Positions 36,063 to 48,113 of a DNA stretch of 64,000 nucleotides are shown here, piece after piece; position 1 is the stretch's first letter, and every line of letters begins with the position of its first letter. The stretch covers positions 67,830,001 to 67,894,000 of the forward strand of contig NC_058368.1 of assembly GCF_018350175.1 (NCBI RefSeq), written 5' to 3'. The notes beneath the pieces are model-generated. The model worked only from the letters and a program-made list of their open reading frames with translations, was not told the origin of the DNA and searched no databases. A program made the translations under genes and the position numbers. This DNA comes from Felis catus (taxonomy: Eukaryota).

Positions 36063-36952
36063 TCAGAGAGTCCTCCTTAAAATTTCTTGCAGGGCTGGTT
36101 TCGTGGTCACAAGCTCCTTTAATTTTTGTTTGTTTGGGAAACTTTTTATCTCTCCTTCTATTTTGAATGACATCCTTTCTGGATAAAGAATTCTTGGCTA
36201 CATATTTTTCCAATTCAGCACATTGAACATATTCTGCCACTCCTTTCTGGCCTGCCAAGTTTCTGTTCTTAGGTCTGCTGCAAACTTGATATGTCTTCCT
36301 TTGTAGGTTAAGGACTTATTTTCCCTTGCTGCTTTCATGATTCTTTCCTTGCCTGAGTATCTTATGAATTTGACTATGATATGCCTTGTGGACGGTCTGT
36401 TTTTGTTGAATCTTATGGGAGTCCTCTGTGCTTTCTGGATTTTGATGTCTGTGTCATTCTCAGGTTAGGAACGTTTTCCACTGTGATTTGCTCACATAAC
36501 CCTTCTACCCTTTTTTCCTTTTTTCTCTCTCTTCATCTTCTGGGACCCCTATGATTCTGATGTTGTTCCTTTTTAATGTGTCACTGATTTCTCTAATTCT
36601 TAAATCGTACTCTTTTGCCTTAGTCTCCCTCTTTTTTTCTGCTTCATTATTCTCCATTATTCTCCTCTTTATCGCTTATTAGCTGCTTTGCCTCATCCAT
36701 CCTTGCTGCCATGGCATTCATTTGAGATTGCAGCTCAGTTATAACATTTTTTATTTTATCCTGACTAGCTTTTATTTATTTTTTTTATCTCCACAGAAAG
36801 GGATTTTAATCTATTTTTGACCCCAGCTAGTATTATTATTATCGTGATTCTAAATTCTGGTTCAGACATCTTGCTTGTATCTGTATTGATTAAGTCCCTG
36901 GCTGTTGTTTCTTCCTGCTTTTTTTTCGGGATGAATTCCTTGATTTTGTCAT
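36063..36952 (-). pseudogene. L1 ORF1 remnant
   Basis: Starts MTKSRNS..., ends ...PALQEILRRTL*; frameshifted; lies between the 5' UTR and ORF2. Confidence 0.85.
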
Positions 36953-37527
36953 TTTGAAGGAAGAAAATGAATTAATAAGGTAAAAAAATTAAAATTAAAA
37001 GATTTAAAACAGCACACACACACACAAAATGAAATAAATGATGTTAAATCCTATGTGTGTTTTGGTTTGGTTGTTGAAAGGAGCTTGATAGATTAGAGAA
37101 AAAGGGGGGGGGGAGAAAAAAACAAGAAAAAAGAAAAAGAAGAAAGGAAAAAAAGGGAAAATGTCTGAAAATTTGAAAAAATAAATACAATGAAATAGAA
37201 TAAAATGAAATTATGGAAGTAAAATATAATTTGAAATATTTATAAATAAGTAAAAATATAGTACAAAAAATAAAATATTTTTAATGAAAACAAATGTTTT
37301 CTTTGTATTGAAGAAAAAGAAAAGGAATGAAAAAGAAAAAAAAAGAAAACTGAATAGATGGGCCAGAGAACAGACTGAAATACGATTGAAATTACATTGT
37401 TTTCCTCTAAAAGTCGAACTATGAAGCACTTTATAGTCTGTAAACTAAGCAGGCGGAGAGACTTGTGGTGTTCCTGAAGAGCAAGGTTGGCCCAGTTGGG
37501 CGGGGCTTAGTGTAACGACTCCGTTCT

Positions 37528-37542
37528 CCACTAGATGGCGCT
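37528..37542 (+). promoter_or_regulatory. CTCF core motif CCACTAGATGGCGCT in L1 5' UTR
   Basis: Full match to CCASYAGRKGGCRSY; occupancy unknown. Confidence 0.5.
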
Positions 37543-38629
37543 GCTTAGCTTACTGGGGTGGATTGTTGGGGCGCTTGTAGTGGCACTTCCATGCGCATGC
37601 ATGGAAGAGGTGAAAATGGTGTCACCAGCTCTCCAATCTCTAGTATAAGAACTCTGTGGTCTCCCAGACCAGCAATCGTGCACCCATCCTTTGTCTCCGG
37701 CTTCTGTCCACTCCCCACTTTTACACTGTCTGTGACCAAGCTGTCAGGTTGCCAGGCACCTCCCTCCTGAGTTTTATCTCAGATATGGCTGTGTTTCCTG
37801 ACCCCTCACTTTTGGGGGACTATGGCTTTGACCTTCTGGGAAAGTCTCACAAATAATGGCTGGGTGTCAGCCACACCAAGGAACGTTGGCGGGACCATGC
37901 TGCTGCCGATGCTGAGACTGTGGCTGGGTGCCACCCCATCCCAAAAAAAGTTAACACGATCATGTAGCAGCAGCGTTTCAAGGGTAATGGAATATCACAA
38001 CACACATCTGGCACCAGACTTCACCCTTAATGACTTTGTTCCAGCACCAGAGAATGTGGTTGTTCTCTAGGGTCTGCTGGGACTGGATGGCCACACAGCC
38101 TCTACCAAATGTTCTTCCAGAGGAACTGCCTCTTCCCCTGTGGCCCGAGGAGCCCCAGACCTCACTCTGCTCCTGGGGATTCACCCTTCCCACCGGAGCA
38201 CCACCAGGTATTGAGCTGCGGAGTTTCAGACTCTGCGCTCCCCCTGTTTATAGAGTCTTAATAGAATTTAACCCTCTCCTTTCTCCTTTCTCCCTTTTTA
38301 GTTCAGTCCCTGTGGCTGTTTCCACTTTTCCACTTTCTCTCCAGCGCTTTTGGTGGGGGTGTTATTCCTGTACTCTCCCCCCATCTCCATCCTCTCTCCT
38401 CAAGCAAAAACAGCTCCCTGCCCTCCACGGCTTCTCTCCCCCAGTTCACCTCTCTGCACTGTGTACTTGCTGAATTCTGTGGTTCAGGTTGTGCAGATTG
38501 TTGTGTTAATCCTCAAATCAGTTTTGTAGGTGTGCAGGGTGGTTTAGTGTTGATCTGGCTGTATTTCATGGATGTGAGATGCAAAAAAACCTTCCATGCT
38601 GTTACACCATCTTCTTCCTCCATTATTTT

Positions 38630-39182
38630 ACTAGGCTAGCCTTCTCTTCTTTCAGGTCTTCCTGGGAAGGTCGCATCATGCAGAGTGCTTCTCATCATCT
38701 GTTCTAACAGGTCATTCCTCCCTCCCCTTCCATGCTGGCTTTCCTAGTTTTTTCTCAGTCCCCTATTTATTTTCTTCAGTACACTTACCATCATGGTTTT
38801 TTCTTTCTTCTGTTTTGAAAAAAAATTAAGGTTCAATTATTTATTTTGAGAGAGAGAGAAAGAGAGTAAGGGAGAGGGAGAGAGAGAGGGAGAGAGAGAG
38901 AAAATCCTAAGCATAGTGCTGAGCCCTTTGTGGGGCTTGAACTCATGAAACATGAGATCATGACCTTAACCAAAAGCAAGAGTCAGACACTCAACTGACT
39001 GAGCCACACAGGTGCCCCCCCCCATCATGTACTTTTCTTATTTACTTGGTTGATTATTGACTATCTTTTTGAGGAGAATGCAAACATCATGAGGTTAGGG
39101 ATCTCATCTTCCCTGCTAAACCCACAGAGCCCCAGGACAGGGTAGACAATGATATTCAGTTGAATTACTGAATGAATGAACA
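38630..39182 (+). mobile_element. L2 3' portion (left part at ~31440-31634), interrupted by L1 and SINEC
   Basis: gagaatgcaaacatcatgaggttagggatctc...gaattactgaatgaatgaa, the L2 terminus. Confidence 0.65.
38800..39020 (-). mobile_element. SINEC
   Basis: ttattttgagagagag...ggggcttgaactcatgaaacatgagatcatgacc...actgagccacacaggtgcccc. Confidence 0.92.
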
Positions 39183-39344
39183 AAAAATATATGGTTGTAC
39201 ACATCTCACTTCTCACTTTCACTGTTTAAAAATACTTTTAAAATGTTTTAGATGCATTATGTAGCTCGTCATGATATTATAAAAACATGGATTTGAGGAA
39301 ATTGTGTATTTGTAGTTTGTTTTGAAGATATTTAAAATACATGA

Positions 39345-39490
39345 TGAGGTGGGCACTTGTCATGATGAGCACTGGGTGATGTGTGGAAGTATTGAATCAC
39401 TATATGGTACATCTGAAACTAATATAACTAATTATATAACTAATGTAACAATTGTATGCAAACTGACAGGAATTTAAATTAAAAAAATAC
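39345..39490 (+). mobile_element. Carnivore L1 3' tip
   Basis: gggcacttgtcatgatgagcactgggtgatgtgtggaagtattgaatcactatatggtacatctgaaactaatataac plus A tail. Confidence 0.8.
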
Positions 39491-40371
39491 AAAATATGAT
39501 CTTAATAGCTAATAATAAAAGTGAGGAATTGTACTTTAAGACAAGTGAGCTAGAATCAGCTGGTCACCAATTTGGATGTTACAGAATGCTGTCTGTCATA
39601 TGAGTGCACTGAGTTTCCTAGTGGGAAATTGGGATAAAAATACCTGTCCCATCCATTTGGAGTTGTTCAAGAGATTGTGTCTTTTTTTTTTCTCTTTATT
39701 TGTAGAATGCTTTAACATTTGCAAAGTGTTTTCTTATTTATGCCTCAGAGCAACCCGGTAGACTAGGTATGAATATTTGCCTTTTTTAGAAGAGGAACTT
39801 CACTTCTGATATTCCAGAGCTAAAGAGTGACAAAGGTGGGCCTCAAACTGAAACCGTTGGCTGCATATCTATTATGCTGTCTTTGGTGTGGCCGCTGACC
39901 ACTCCCTGCACCACAGCCAGGGGACAGAGGCCATTTTGAACGTTCTAAAGTGCTATGGAAAACATGCATTCTTACTGTTACCTCTTTTAGCCACGTGGAG
40001 TTTTACCTTATATAAGTTTGCTGCATTTTCTTTCATATTAATTGATTTTAAGGATTTGGGCCGTATGCAGAAGCACACACATATATACTCCACGTAATGT
40101 TTTCAGTAGCACTTGTTCAATTCCAAAATTGTTTATTTTGCTTGAATTTAGAGGCAGTGAAAATAAAGGCACTTGAAATTATTTAGCTTGCTGAATTCGA
40201 CTCTGTATCTCTTTCTCTTTGCTTTTGCGGCTCATGCTTTGGGTCACGTGTGGGTACTTACCATGTGATGTTTGCAGTTGGAAGCATTTATTCACACATA
40301 TAGGGCCCATGTGCTCCTCCCCAGTTGGGCAGAGATGCTAAAAAAACTGGAGTAGGTCTAAATGCAGTCAC

Positions 40372-40510
40372 GTACTGTATGTATATGTGTGTATGTACAC
40401 ATATGTGTGTCTATGTTTTATGTGTATAAATGGTATATATATGTAATGTGCCTACATACAAATATGCACGTGTATATGCATGCACAGTATACATATATAT
40501 GTATATGTAA
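40372..40510. repeat. Degenerate TA/TG-rich low-complexity tract
   Basis: Alternating purine-pyrimidine sequence, directly visible. Confidence 0.8.
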
Positions 40511-41175
40511 TTTTTTCCTTTTGACAATTAGCAAACAGCCTGGCTTTCACTTTTCATGTGTGCACTGCAAACAGACAAGGCTCTCCAAAGTGTGTTCCAT
40601 TTGGGCAAAAAGAAAGAAGAAAAACAAGTTGACTCAGAGCACTAAGATACCTGCTCTACCTTCTGAGTTTCGCCGTTTGGGAAAGGTGGAGCTCTGGGGA
40701 CTTCTTTAGAATTTCAACCACAGGAATCCTGAAGGAGACAGCCTATGTGATTGTGGGCAATGATTGAATGTTTCTTTCACCTATCTCTAGTGACCTTTCT
40801 CCTGCTGAGCCTTATGGCCCACGTACACAAGTTTACACTTTGACTTTACATTATTATGTACCTGGTGGTTGTTAGGTGGATGGGTCTTGAAAGTTTGATG
40901 GGATTCAAAGTAATATCTGGATGCCTTTCCACTAAGGAGACCTTTGTGTGTGGGTATAAATCACCCTCGGACTTAAAGCCCTATCTAGAGATATTTGAAA
41001 ATCCAAGTAAATTGTGGACATCAGGGTCACCACTTTATATTATTTTTGACTCTGTGGGCAGGTGTGTAAACCACTTCTCTGAGGGAGGGTATGCTTTTTC
41101 CCTGAATGTTTCTTCAAATATCTATTTTTAATTAGACTCTGTGATATATAAGCCTCTTTTCCTTGTTTTAGTTCT

Positions 41176-41347
41176 TTTTTAAATGTTTATTTATTTTTCA
41201 AAGGGGAGGCAGAGAGAAAGAATCCCAGGCAGGCTCCGCACTGTCAGCACAGAGCCTGATGGGGGGCTCGAACTCACAAACTGAGATCATGACCTGTGCT
41301 GAAATCAAGAGTTGGTGGTTTAATCCATTGAGCCTTCCAGGCGCTCC
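41176..41347 (-). mobile_element. SINEC
   Basis: SINEC body; TSD ccttgttttagttct at 41161-41175 and 41349-41363. Confidence 0.95.
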
Positions 41348-41884
41348 TCCTTGTTTTAGTTCTGTGTGTGGATTACGTATAATCCTAGGCATACGGTCTT
41401 CACCTTTATTCACAGTGGAACAGGGGAGCATTTTTTATTTTATTGCCCTTCAGGTTTAGAGATGATGCCGTGAGGGTGGAGGGGTAGCTGTGATGGAAGT
41501 GGCTACTATGATGAAGAGTGCCCGCGATGTAATTTGCTATGAAAACCATTTCTTGGTTTGTGGCACAGGATTCCCTGAGCTCTGATGGATCTGATTTCCT
41601 TGCTTCCCACAATCTGTCTACCACTGTTGCTGCAAAGGAGTCATCCCAACACACTCTCTAGCTTCGAGCGGCGGCAGCGGCTGCTTATCGGCATTTTGCA
41701 GGGAAAAGCACACTCTTTGAGGTTGTGCTTCCACGTGCCTTTAAAACGTTTTTCTGACGTCTTTTGGACTTACTTGAATTTGTTCACCTTGAGGCAACTT
41801 TTGTGATATCGCATTTCTATCCCATATCTGCTGGGAACTGCTGAGAACACCATTTCCAAGCTGATCAAACGATTTATAACATAA

Positions 41885-42130
41885 ATAGCTGTCATTTACT
41901 GAGCACCTGCTAAGTGCTGGACAGCTCACCTATGCTATCTCATTTACTCTTCACCAGAAATGTAAGGCATTAGCCCTGTTTCCCAGAGCCTCATTTCACG
42001 TTCCTCATTTTACAGAGGAGGAAATTGAGATTCAGAGCATCAATTTGGTCAAGATATCCCAGTTAGTCAGTGGATGAGTCAGTTCAGGACTCATCTTGAA
42101 CTGATTCCAAAGCCCAAGTTTTCTGTGATG
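41885..42130 (-). mobile_element. MIR SINE
   Basis: catttactgagcacctgcta...cctcattttacagaggaggaaattgagattcagag. Confidence 0.8.
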
Positions 42131-42149
42131 TGACCATAGTGCGCATGGG

Positions 42150-42750
42150 TTCACCTTGGGTTGTATAACAGGTTCTGGCACTTGATTTTGGCCATCTGAC
42201 TTTCCTTAATGAAGTCTGACTCAGTGATTCTTATGACTAGATCTCTACCACCTCAATGCATTGTGGATCTGACACCTTTGATCTGTAGATCAATGCCATG
42301 TTGGTGTTCTATTCTGTCTGCCAGCCTGCTAAAGGACATGTTGACTTTTCTGATTTGGCTGATTACTTCTTTATCTGTCAAGCTGCTGTCAAAGAGCTTA
42401 CTCCCCAGGTAGCAGAATTTAGTGATAATTTCTTTCTCTCCATTGAGAATGGACACCTGAAAATGAGTTCCTATTCTTCTAAGCAAAGATTGGTATCTAA
42501 GCAAAGGTTGATCCTCCTTGGGCAACAACCAACTTTAGCCACTCAGGTTGTAATCATTTTATTTGCAAAGTGCTGCTGGTGATACATGGAAATACTTGTA
42601 TATAAGGTATTGAAATGTATATTTCTATTTGCTGGCATGCCCCCTTTTCTGCATCAGCACTGGCTCATGGAAATGGCATCTGCTCACATCTCTGGGATGG
42701 TCACAAATCCTGTCACAGGTGACGCTTACCATATACTCTGTTTCAATTAA
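42150..42750 (-). mobile_element. Ancient RTE-clade LINE fossil (L4/RTE-X or MamRTE-like)
   Basis: ORF 42253-42528 reads KFCYLGSKLFDSSLTDKEVISQIRKVNMSFSRLADRIEHQHGIDLQIK, matching the post-RT F.YLGS...D.E...RI.KA...F.RL...GI.L.TK motif of RTE LINEs; boundaries approximate. Confidence 0.65.
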
Positions 42751-43377
42751 CAAACTTTAGAGAACTTAACATACTATTATATATAGGACTATGGTTTAAA
42801 TAAGTGTGTTGCTTATAGTAACTTTCAGATGAAGTTGAATATCAGTCTTCATTATGACTTATACGTAACATTGTTTTGGTTTCAAAATCAAAGTAAAATT
42901 TCTAGAAAATTAAGTAAAGCCTCGATCAATTTTAAAATCTTTTTTTGAGTCATTTTTCTTATCAGTAAAACAAAGCTAAGATACATGCTTCTGTTTTAGA
43001 CATTGTGAATGAAAATAAATACGTATAAAGTGGCCTTGTATGGTGTCTGGCATATTATTGCTCAAAATGGCATTTCTCTTCCTCTATAAACCGTGAATCC
43101 TGTGAAATAATTCTTCACCGATTTTCTTCATATGTTTACTTTATCATTAAAGTTATCAATATTTAATTGTTACTGCTGTCAGACAACTGCATTTAGGATA
43201 CCCTCTAATTGTCATTGAAGGTATAGATAGGAGAGTCTAGGTTACTTTGTATGCAAATTTAAAATCTTTCTCCCAATATACTAGTTTATGTTTTATTTAA
43301 TTTTTGATACAAACATTAAGATTCATATTATCACATAATAAAAAATGTGTAGCTATAGCCAGCAAGAATAAACTTCT

Positions 43378-43584
43378 AAAAAAATTTTTTTAATATTTAT
43401 TTTTGAGAGAGACACAGTGCAAGTAGGGGAGGAACACAGAGAGAGGGAGATATAGAATCCAAAGCAGGCTCCAGGCTCTGAGCTGTCAGCACAAAGCTCA
43501 ATGTGGGGCTTCAATTCATACACTATGAGATCATGACCTGAGCCAAAGTCGGACACTTAACCAACTGAACCACCCAGGTGCCCC
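43378..43584 (-). mobile_element. SINEC
   Basis: SINEC body; TSD aagaataaa(c/t)ttct at 43364-43377 and 43585-43598. Confidence 0.95.
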
Positions 43585-43968
43585 AAGAATAAATTTCTTA
43601 ATACAGGTATTTATATTTTCCTACTTGAGGGATTCATTTTGATTAAGCAAGAGTGGAAAAATGTATTTCAGTTCATTTTTCTTTACCTGTAATTTTCTAT
43701 GAAAAAAATTTCATGACTTGATTAAATCCATAAGACTTACAGGACTGTAAAAGAAATGAAAATTGATTATTTTTATCATCATTACTTTAATGCTCCTTTA
43801 TGTTTATAGTTTTATTAAGTTTTCTTTCAGAGTAGCTTAAGAGCTATAGGTTTAAAACTGAAAACATTCACAACAGAGGTAGTGAGTGGAGGCTGAATAC
43901 AAGGTGGTGTAATAGACCAGAGGGGTCATGATAGAGTCTCTAATAGCAGATTCAATCAAATCTTATTT

Positions 43969-44198
43969 ATTTATTTATTTTTAAATTATTTTTAATCTTT
44001 ATTTATTTTTGAGAGAGAGAGAAAGACAGAGCATAAGTAGGGGAAGAACAGAGAGAGAAGAAGACACAGAATCTGAAACAGGCTCCAGGCTCCAAGCTGT
44101 CAGCACAGAGCCCATCGCAGAGCTCCAACTCATGAACTGCGAGTTCGTGACCCGAGCTGAAGTCGGACGCTCAACAGACTGAGCCGCCCAGGCGCCCC
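43969..44198 (-). mobile_element. SINEC
   Basis: SINEC body; TSD aatc(a/g)aatcttattt at 43954-43968 and 44200-44214. Confidence 0.95.
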
Positions 44199-44454
44199 CA
44201 ATCGAATCTTATTTAATAATAAATATCAATTCCTGGATGATTCATCCTTTAGTTTTTAGTTGGACACATGCCACTATGTAAGGTGTAAATGACATCCTCT
44301 TGGCCTGAACTTCCTTCTAGGAAGGGATGTAGGGCTATCTCTTGAGTTGTTTTGTGTGGAGTTTGTCGAGGAAGACCTTGTCTTTGAGGTCTGCACTCCC
44401 TTACTTTCATCCTGGAGGCCTTCATGTCTTCTGGGGAATCTAAGAATTGCTCAA

Positions 44455-44880
44455 CTTTTGCTGCAGTGATAACCCTCAAGTCTCGGTGGCTTACACTAGC
44501 AAAAATGTGTTTCTTGTTCATATTACTTGTGGCTATGGATTGGCTGTGGGTCTATATATCATACCATCTGGACGTCCAGGTTGCTGAATTACTGTGGGTC
44601 TGTTCCATTTGTGTTATCATTCTGGAACACAGACCAAAAGGAGCAGCTCCTATCTGGGGCATCTTCTGGCAGTGAGACTGAACCCAAGAGGCTAAATCGA
44701 GTACACAGTTGGATTTAAAGCCATGACTTGATGTAATATACATCATGTCTGCTCACAGGCCATTGGCTGAAGCAAATCACCTGGCTAATCTCAAAGGGCA
44801 GAGGTGGGTTAGGGGCAAGAGGCGAAAGCAGATACTTGTGAGCAGTGATGCAGTCCACCCACATTGACACAGATCTCCTG
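44455..44880 (-). mobile_element. Old MaLR LTR (MLT1K/L-like)
   Basis: tgctgcagtgataaccctcaagtctcggtggcttaca...tttcttgttcat...tctgctcacaggccattggctgaagcaaatcacctggc; same family as 12985-13315. Confidence 0.65.
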
Positions 44881-45389
44881 GACCTTAGATGTTAAGGAGT
44901 AAATTAGGTGATAAAAATTTATAACATATTGTGAATTCCCTCACCTGGCATTTATTGAACCATGTAGTAGACTGTAAGTGTTAAAAAGATAAATGGTCCA
45001 AACTTGATGTCCAAATGAAACTTACATAGCGTTTTATAGGATCAGATGTGTGTGCAAGTAACTGTAACATATCCATCCATTCATTTGTTGATTTGTGTCA
45101 TAAACACTTATTAAGTATTTACTGTGTGCCAGGTACTGTTCTAGGTGCTGGCTCTCTTGCCTTCTTAATTTTGCTCTCTGCTTGGCCACTTTCCTTCAGT
45201 CGCAGAGCCTCAGTTCCCATCTGTAGGTGGATGATGGAATCCATTGTCAGACACAGACTCTGTTCTGAGCTCCATGTTGTCTACCTTCTGGATGGTAACT
45301 AGCTCTTATTTCTAATACCCATCTAGTACCTCATGTCAAAAATTGAACTCTTTCGTATGTCCCCAGCTTCCCGTCCCTATGAGTTCTCC

Positions 45390-45895
45390 ACTCATTCATG
45401 CACTCATTTATTTATTCATTCATTTAGTCATTCAGCAAATATTTGCCAACTACTTACCATACGCTAGGTGCTGCCTGAGCTGTTGGAGATTCTCGCTTTC
45501 ATAAGAGCATACGCTTAGAAGTGAAGAGGTAGGAGTTAGCAAGTAATAAGTAACAAAGAAACTAAAGGTAGATAATGAGAAGTACTGTAAAATAAAAAAA
45601 ACAGACAGGGTGGTCAAGGAGGGTCTTTTGAGGAGGGGGCATTTCAGGAGGGACCTGATGGACAAGAAGGAACCAGCGATGTGAATTTGGAGAACGTCTG
45701 CTTCAGGTACAAGGAACAGTTGATGAAGAGAGCTGAAGGTGGAGACAAGCTTGAGGTATGCAGGGGAACACAGCAGGGGAGTCTGGTGAGCAACACTGAG
45801 CTAGGTGGGGTTGGAGAGGTAGCTGGGACCCAGACATGATGGGCTTTGAAGGCTGCAGTAAGTGTGGTTCAAGAGTTGATGAGACACCATTGATG
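45390..45895 (-). mobile_element. L2 relic
   Basis: tcattcatttagtcattcagcaaatatttg...tgctgcc...agggtggtcaaggagggtc...gaaggaaccagcgatgtgaa. Confidence 0.75.
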
Positions 45896-45899
45896 TGGC

Positions 45900-46222
45900 C
45901 CCACCATCAAGCCAGAAGCCTAGGCCTCATTGTTGATTCCTCTTCTTCATTCCTGTATCTAATTTATCTCTATGACTTTCTCTTTCCCCAAAACTTCTCA
46001 GTCCGTCTGCCTCACTACCTCCTTCTGCCCCCTACCCAGTCCAGGCCATCACAATTCAGGGTGGCTTCTAGTTGGTCTTTCTGCCTTTAGACTTGCCCAC
46101 TTCCAGCTTGGTCTCCATCTCACTGCCAGAATGAGCTTTCTAAAAAGCAACTTTGTTCAAGTCAGTCTCTGCATAGAGACATTCAGTGCTTTCAGTCGCC
46201 TTATGCTCCACCACCCGCCCTG

Positions 46223-46271
<49 letters not shown>

Positions 46272-46620
46272 GAGCTGATCTTCTAGCCCTTGCACACCAC
46301 ATATCTGTGGTCCTCTGGAGGACCTGTCTCTCCCACCCTCCCTGACTAGACACACTTAGTCCCTATGCATTCTCTTTCTTCTGGCTCCATTCCCACTACT
46401 GAATGACCTCAGTTCACCTTCCAGGTCCCAGTGTCCATGTTCCTGATGGCTCTGCCTGGGTTAATTACCTCCTGTGTGCACTCACTGTCTCCTGTGTGTT
46501 GTTCCTTCCCATCTTAGTGCCACTCCATAGTTTACTCGTCTGTCTTCCCATCGCAATGTGAGCTCTGTCTTACTCACTTTTGTGCCTCAAGGCTTAGCAC
46601 AGTGCCCACAACTAGTGGAT
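45900..46620 (+). mobile_element. L2 relic (contains (CA)n at 46226-46269)
   Basis: caagccagaagcctaggcctcattgttgattcctc...cactgccagaatgagctttctaaaa...gcttagcacagtgccc. Confidence 0.65.
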
Positions 46621-46642
46621 GTTTAAAAAAACTTTTTTGATT

Positions 46643-46809
46643 GGAGGTGCCTGGGTGGCTCAGTGGATTGAGTGTCCGACTTTGGCTCAGGTCATGATCT
46701 CACAGTTTGTGAGTTCAAGCCCCACATTAGGCTCTGTGCTGACAGCTCAGAGCCAGGAGCCTGCTACAGATTCTGTCTCCATCTCTCTCTCTCTCTTTCT
46801 CTTCATGCA

Positions 46810-46856
<47 letters not shown>

Positions 46857-46873
46857 ATAAACATTAAAAAATT
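46643..46873 (+). mobile_element. SINEC with expanded (CT)n
   Basis: ggtgcctgggtggctcagtggattgagtgtccgactttggctcaggtcatgatctc...; degenerate TSD aaaaaac(t/a)ttttga. Confidence 0.95.
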
Positions 46874-47312
46874 AAAAAACATTTTGATCGAACAAATGAA
46901 TATATATGTATAATTCAAGCAGCCAAAAATGTGACTATTTTGTAGAACACCTTCTATTTACAAAAGCCAGCTGAGTTCAATAAAGCTGGAGTTCATAGGA
47001 GTTCAATAGGAGTCATTTCTTGTAACAGAAGTAGGAGTAGGCAGATGGAAAGTAAAAAGGAGCATCCCTTCAAGATAGAGAGCAAAGACATTCTGCTCAG
47101 GGTGGCAGAGAGAATATTGAGCCTGGGGTCAGAACACAAGTCGAATCTTTAATATTATTCATTGGATGACTTTGGTCAAGTAACTTATCCAGACATGCTC
47201 AGGAGCCAGAGAACTGGGTTCAAATCTGGATCTGGAATTTTCTAATTGTGACTCTGGGCAAATTACTTATCCTCTGGAGAATGGGAGAGTCAGTTGTACT
47301 GCTGTAAGGATT

Positions 47313-47781
47313 TTTTTTTTTTTTAAATTCAGCTTCCTTAAGGTGTAATTAAGAAATAAAATGGTACGATTAGATTTAAAGTGTACATCATGGTAATTTG
47401 ACATGTATGTATACATTATGTAAAGAATCTTCTCATCTAGTTAACACATTATTCACCTCACGTATATATTTATGTTTTTAAATTTTTTTTTGGTGAGAAT
47501 ATTTAAATTCTATTCTCAACAACTTTTCAATTATACAATATAGTGTAATCAACTGTAGTCACCATGTTTTACATTAGCTCCTCAGACCTTACTCATCTTA
47601 GAGTTAAAGATTTATACCCTTTCATCGGCCTCTCCCTATTTCCCTCACCCCAGCCCATGGCATTTACTTTTCTACTCTCTGTTCTATGAATGTGACTCCC
47701 CACCCCCCCCACCCCAGATTCCACATATAAATGATGCCATGAGGTATTGTCTTTTTCTGCCTGGCTTATTTCACTCAGCGT
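47313..47781 (-). mobile_element. L1 3' end (L1MA/carnivore class) inserted in a MIR
   Basis: Poly-T, tttaaagtgtaca...gtcaccatgttttacattag...agattccacatataa...ggcttatttcactcagc; TSD tgctgt(a/g)aggatt at 47300-47312 and 47782-47794. Confidence 0.9.
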
Positions 47782-47826
47782 TGCTGTGAGGATTAAGTGA
47801 GATTAGGAAAGTGTATAGAGAAGTGT

Positions 47827-47932
47827 CTGACAAATATTACTATTGTTATCATTAGTACTAAGAAAGAGAATATTTTTCTGACAAAAATTACTATTGTTAT
47901 AATCAGTACTAAAATAGAGATAGGAATATTTT
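47827..47932. repeat. Diverged ~51 bp tandem duplication
   Basis: ctgacaaa(t/a)attactattgttat(c/a)at(t/c)agtactaa...aatatttt x2. Confidence 0.9.
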
Positions 47933-47933
47933 C

Positions 47934-47952
47934 TTCCTCCCTCCCTCTTTTC

Positions 47953-47996
<44 letters not shown>

Positions 47997-48113
47997 TCGG
48001 CTTCACGTCCATTGTGCAGCCCAAAATGGGGCTTGAACTCATGACTCTGAGATTAAGACCTGAGCTGAGATCAAGAGTCAGATGCTGAACTGACTCAGCC
48101 ACCCAAGTGCCCC
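47934..48113 (-). mobile_element. Short SINEC variant with (TTTC)n tail
   Basis: ggggcttgaactcatgactctgagattaagacctgagctgagatcaagagtcagatgc; degenerate TSD agata(gga/agg)atattttc at 47918-47933 and 48115-48130. Confidence 0.9.

Larger units (their letters stand above)
31653..38611 (-). mobile_element. Full-length, decayed carnivore/felid LINE-1 (~6.7 kb plus a nested SINE), inserted in an L2
   Basis: 5' UTR, ORF1, ORF2, 3' UTR and poly-A in order on the minus strand; 18 bp TSD ttcttcctccattatttt at 31635-31652 and 38612-38629. Confidence 0.96.

Noticed and set aside
46643..46720. tRNA-like A/B-box heads of SINEs as tRNA genes
   Set aside because: They continue into SINEC bodies with tails and TSDs
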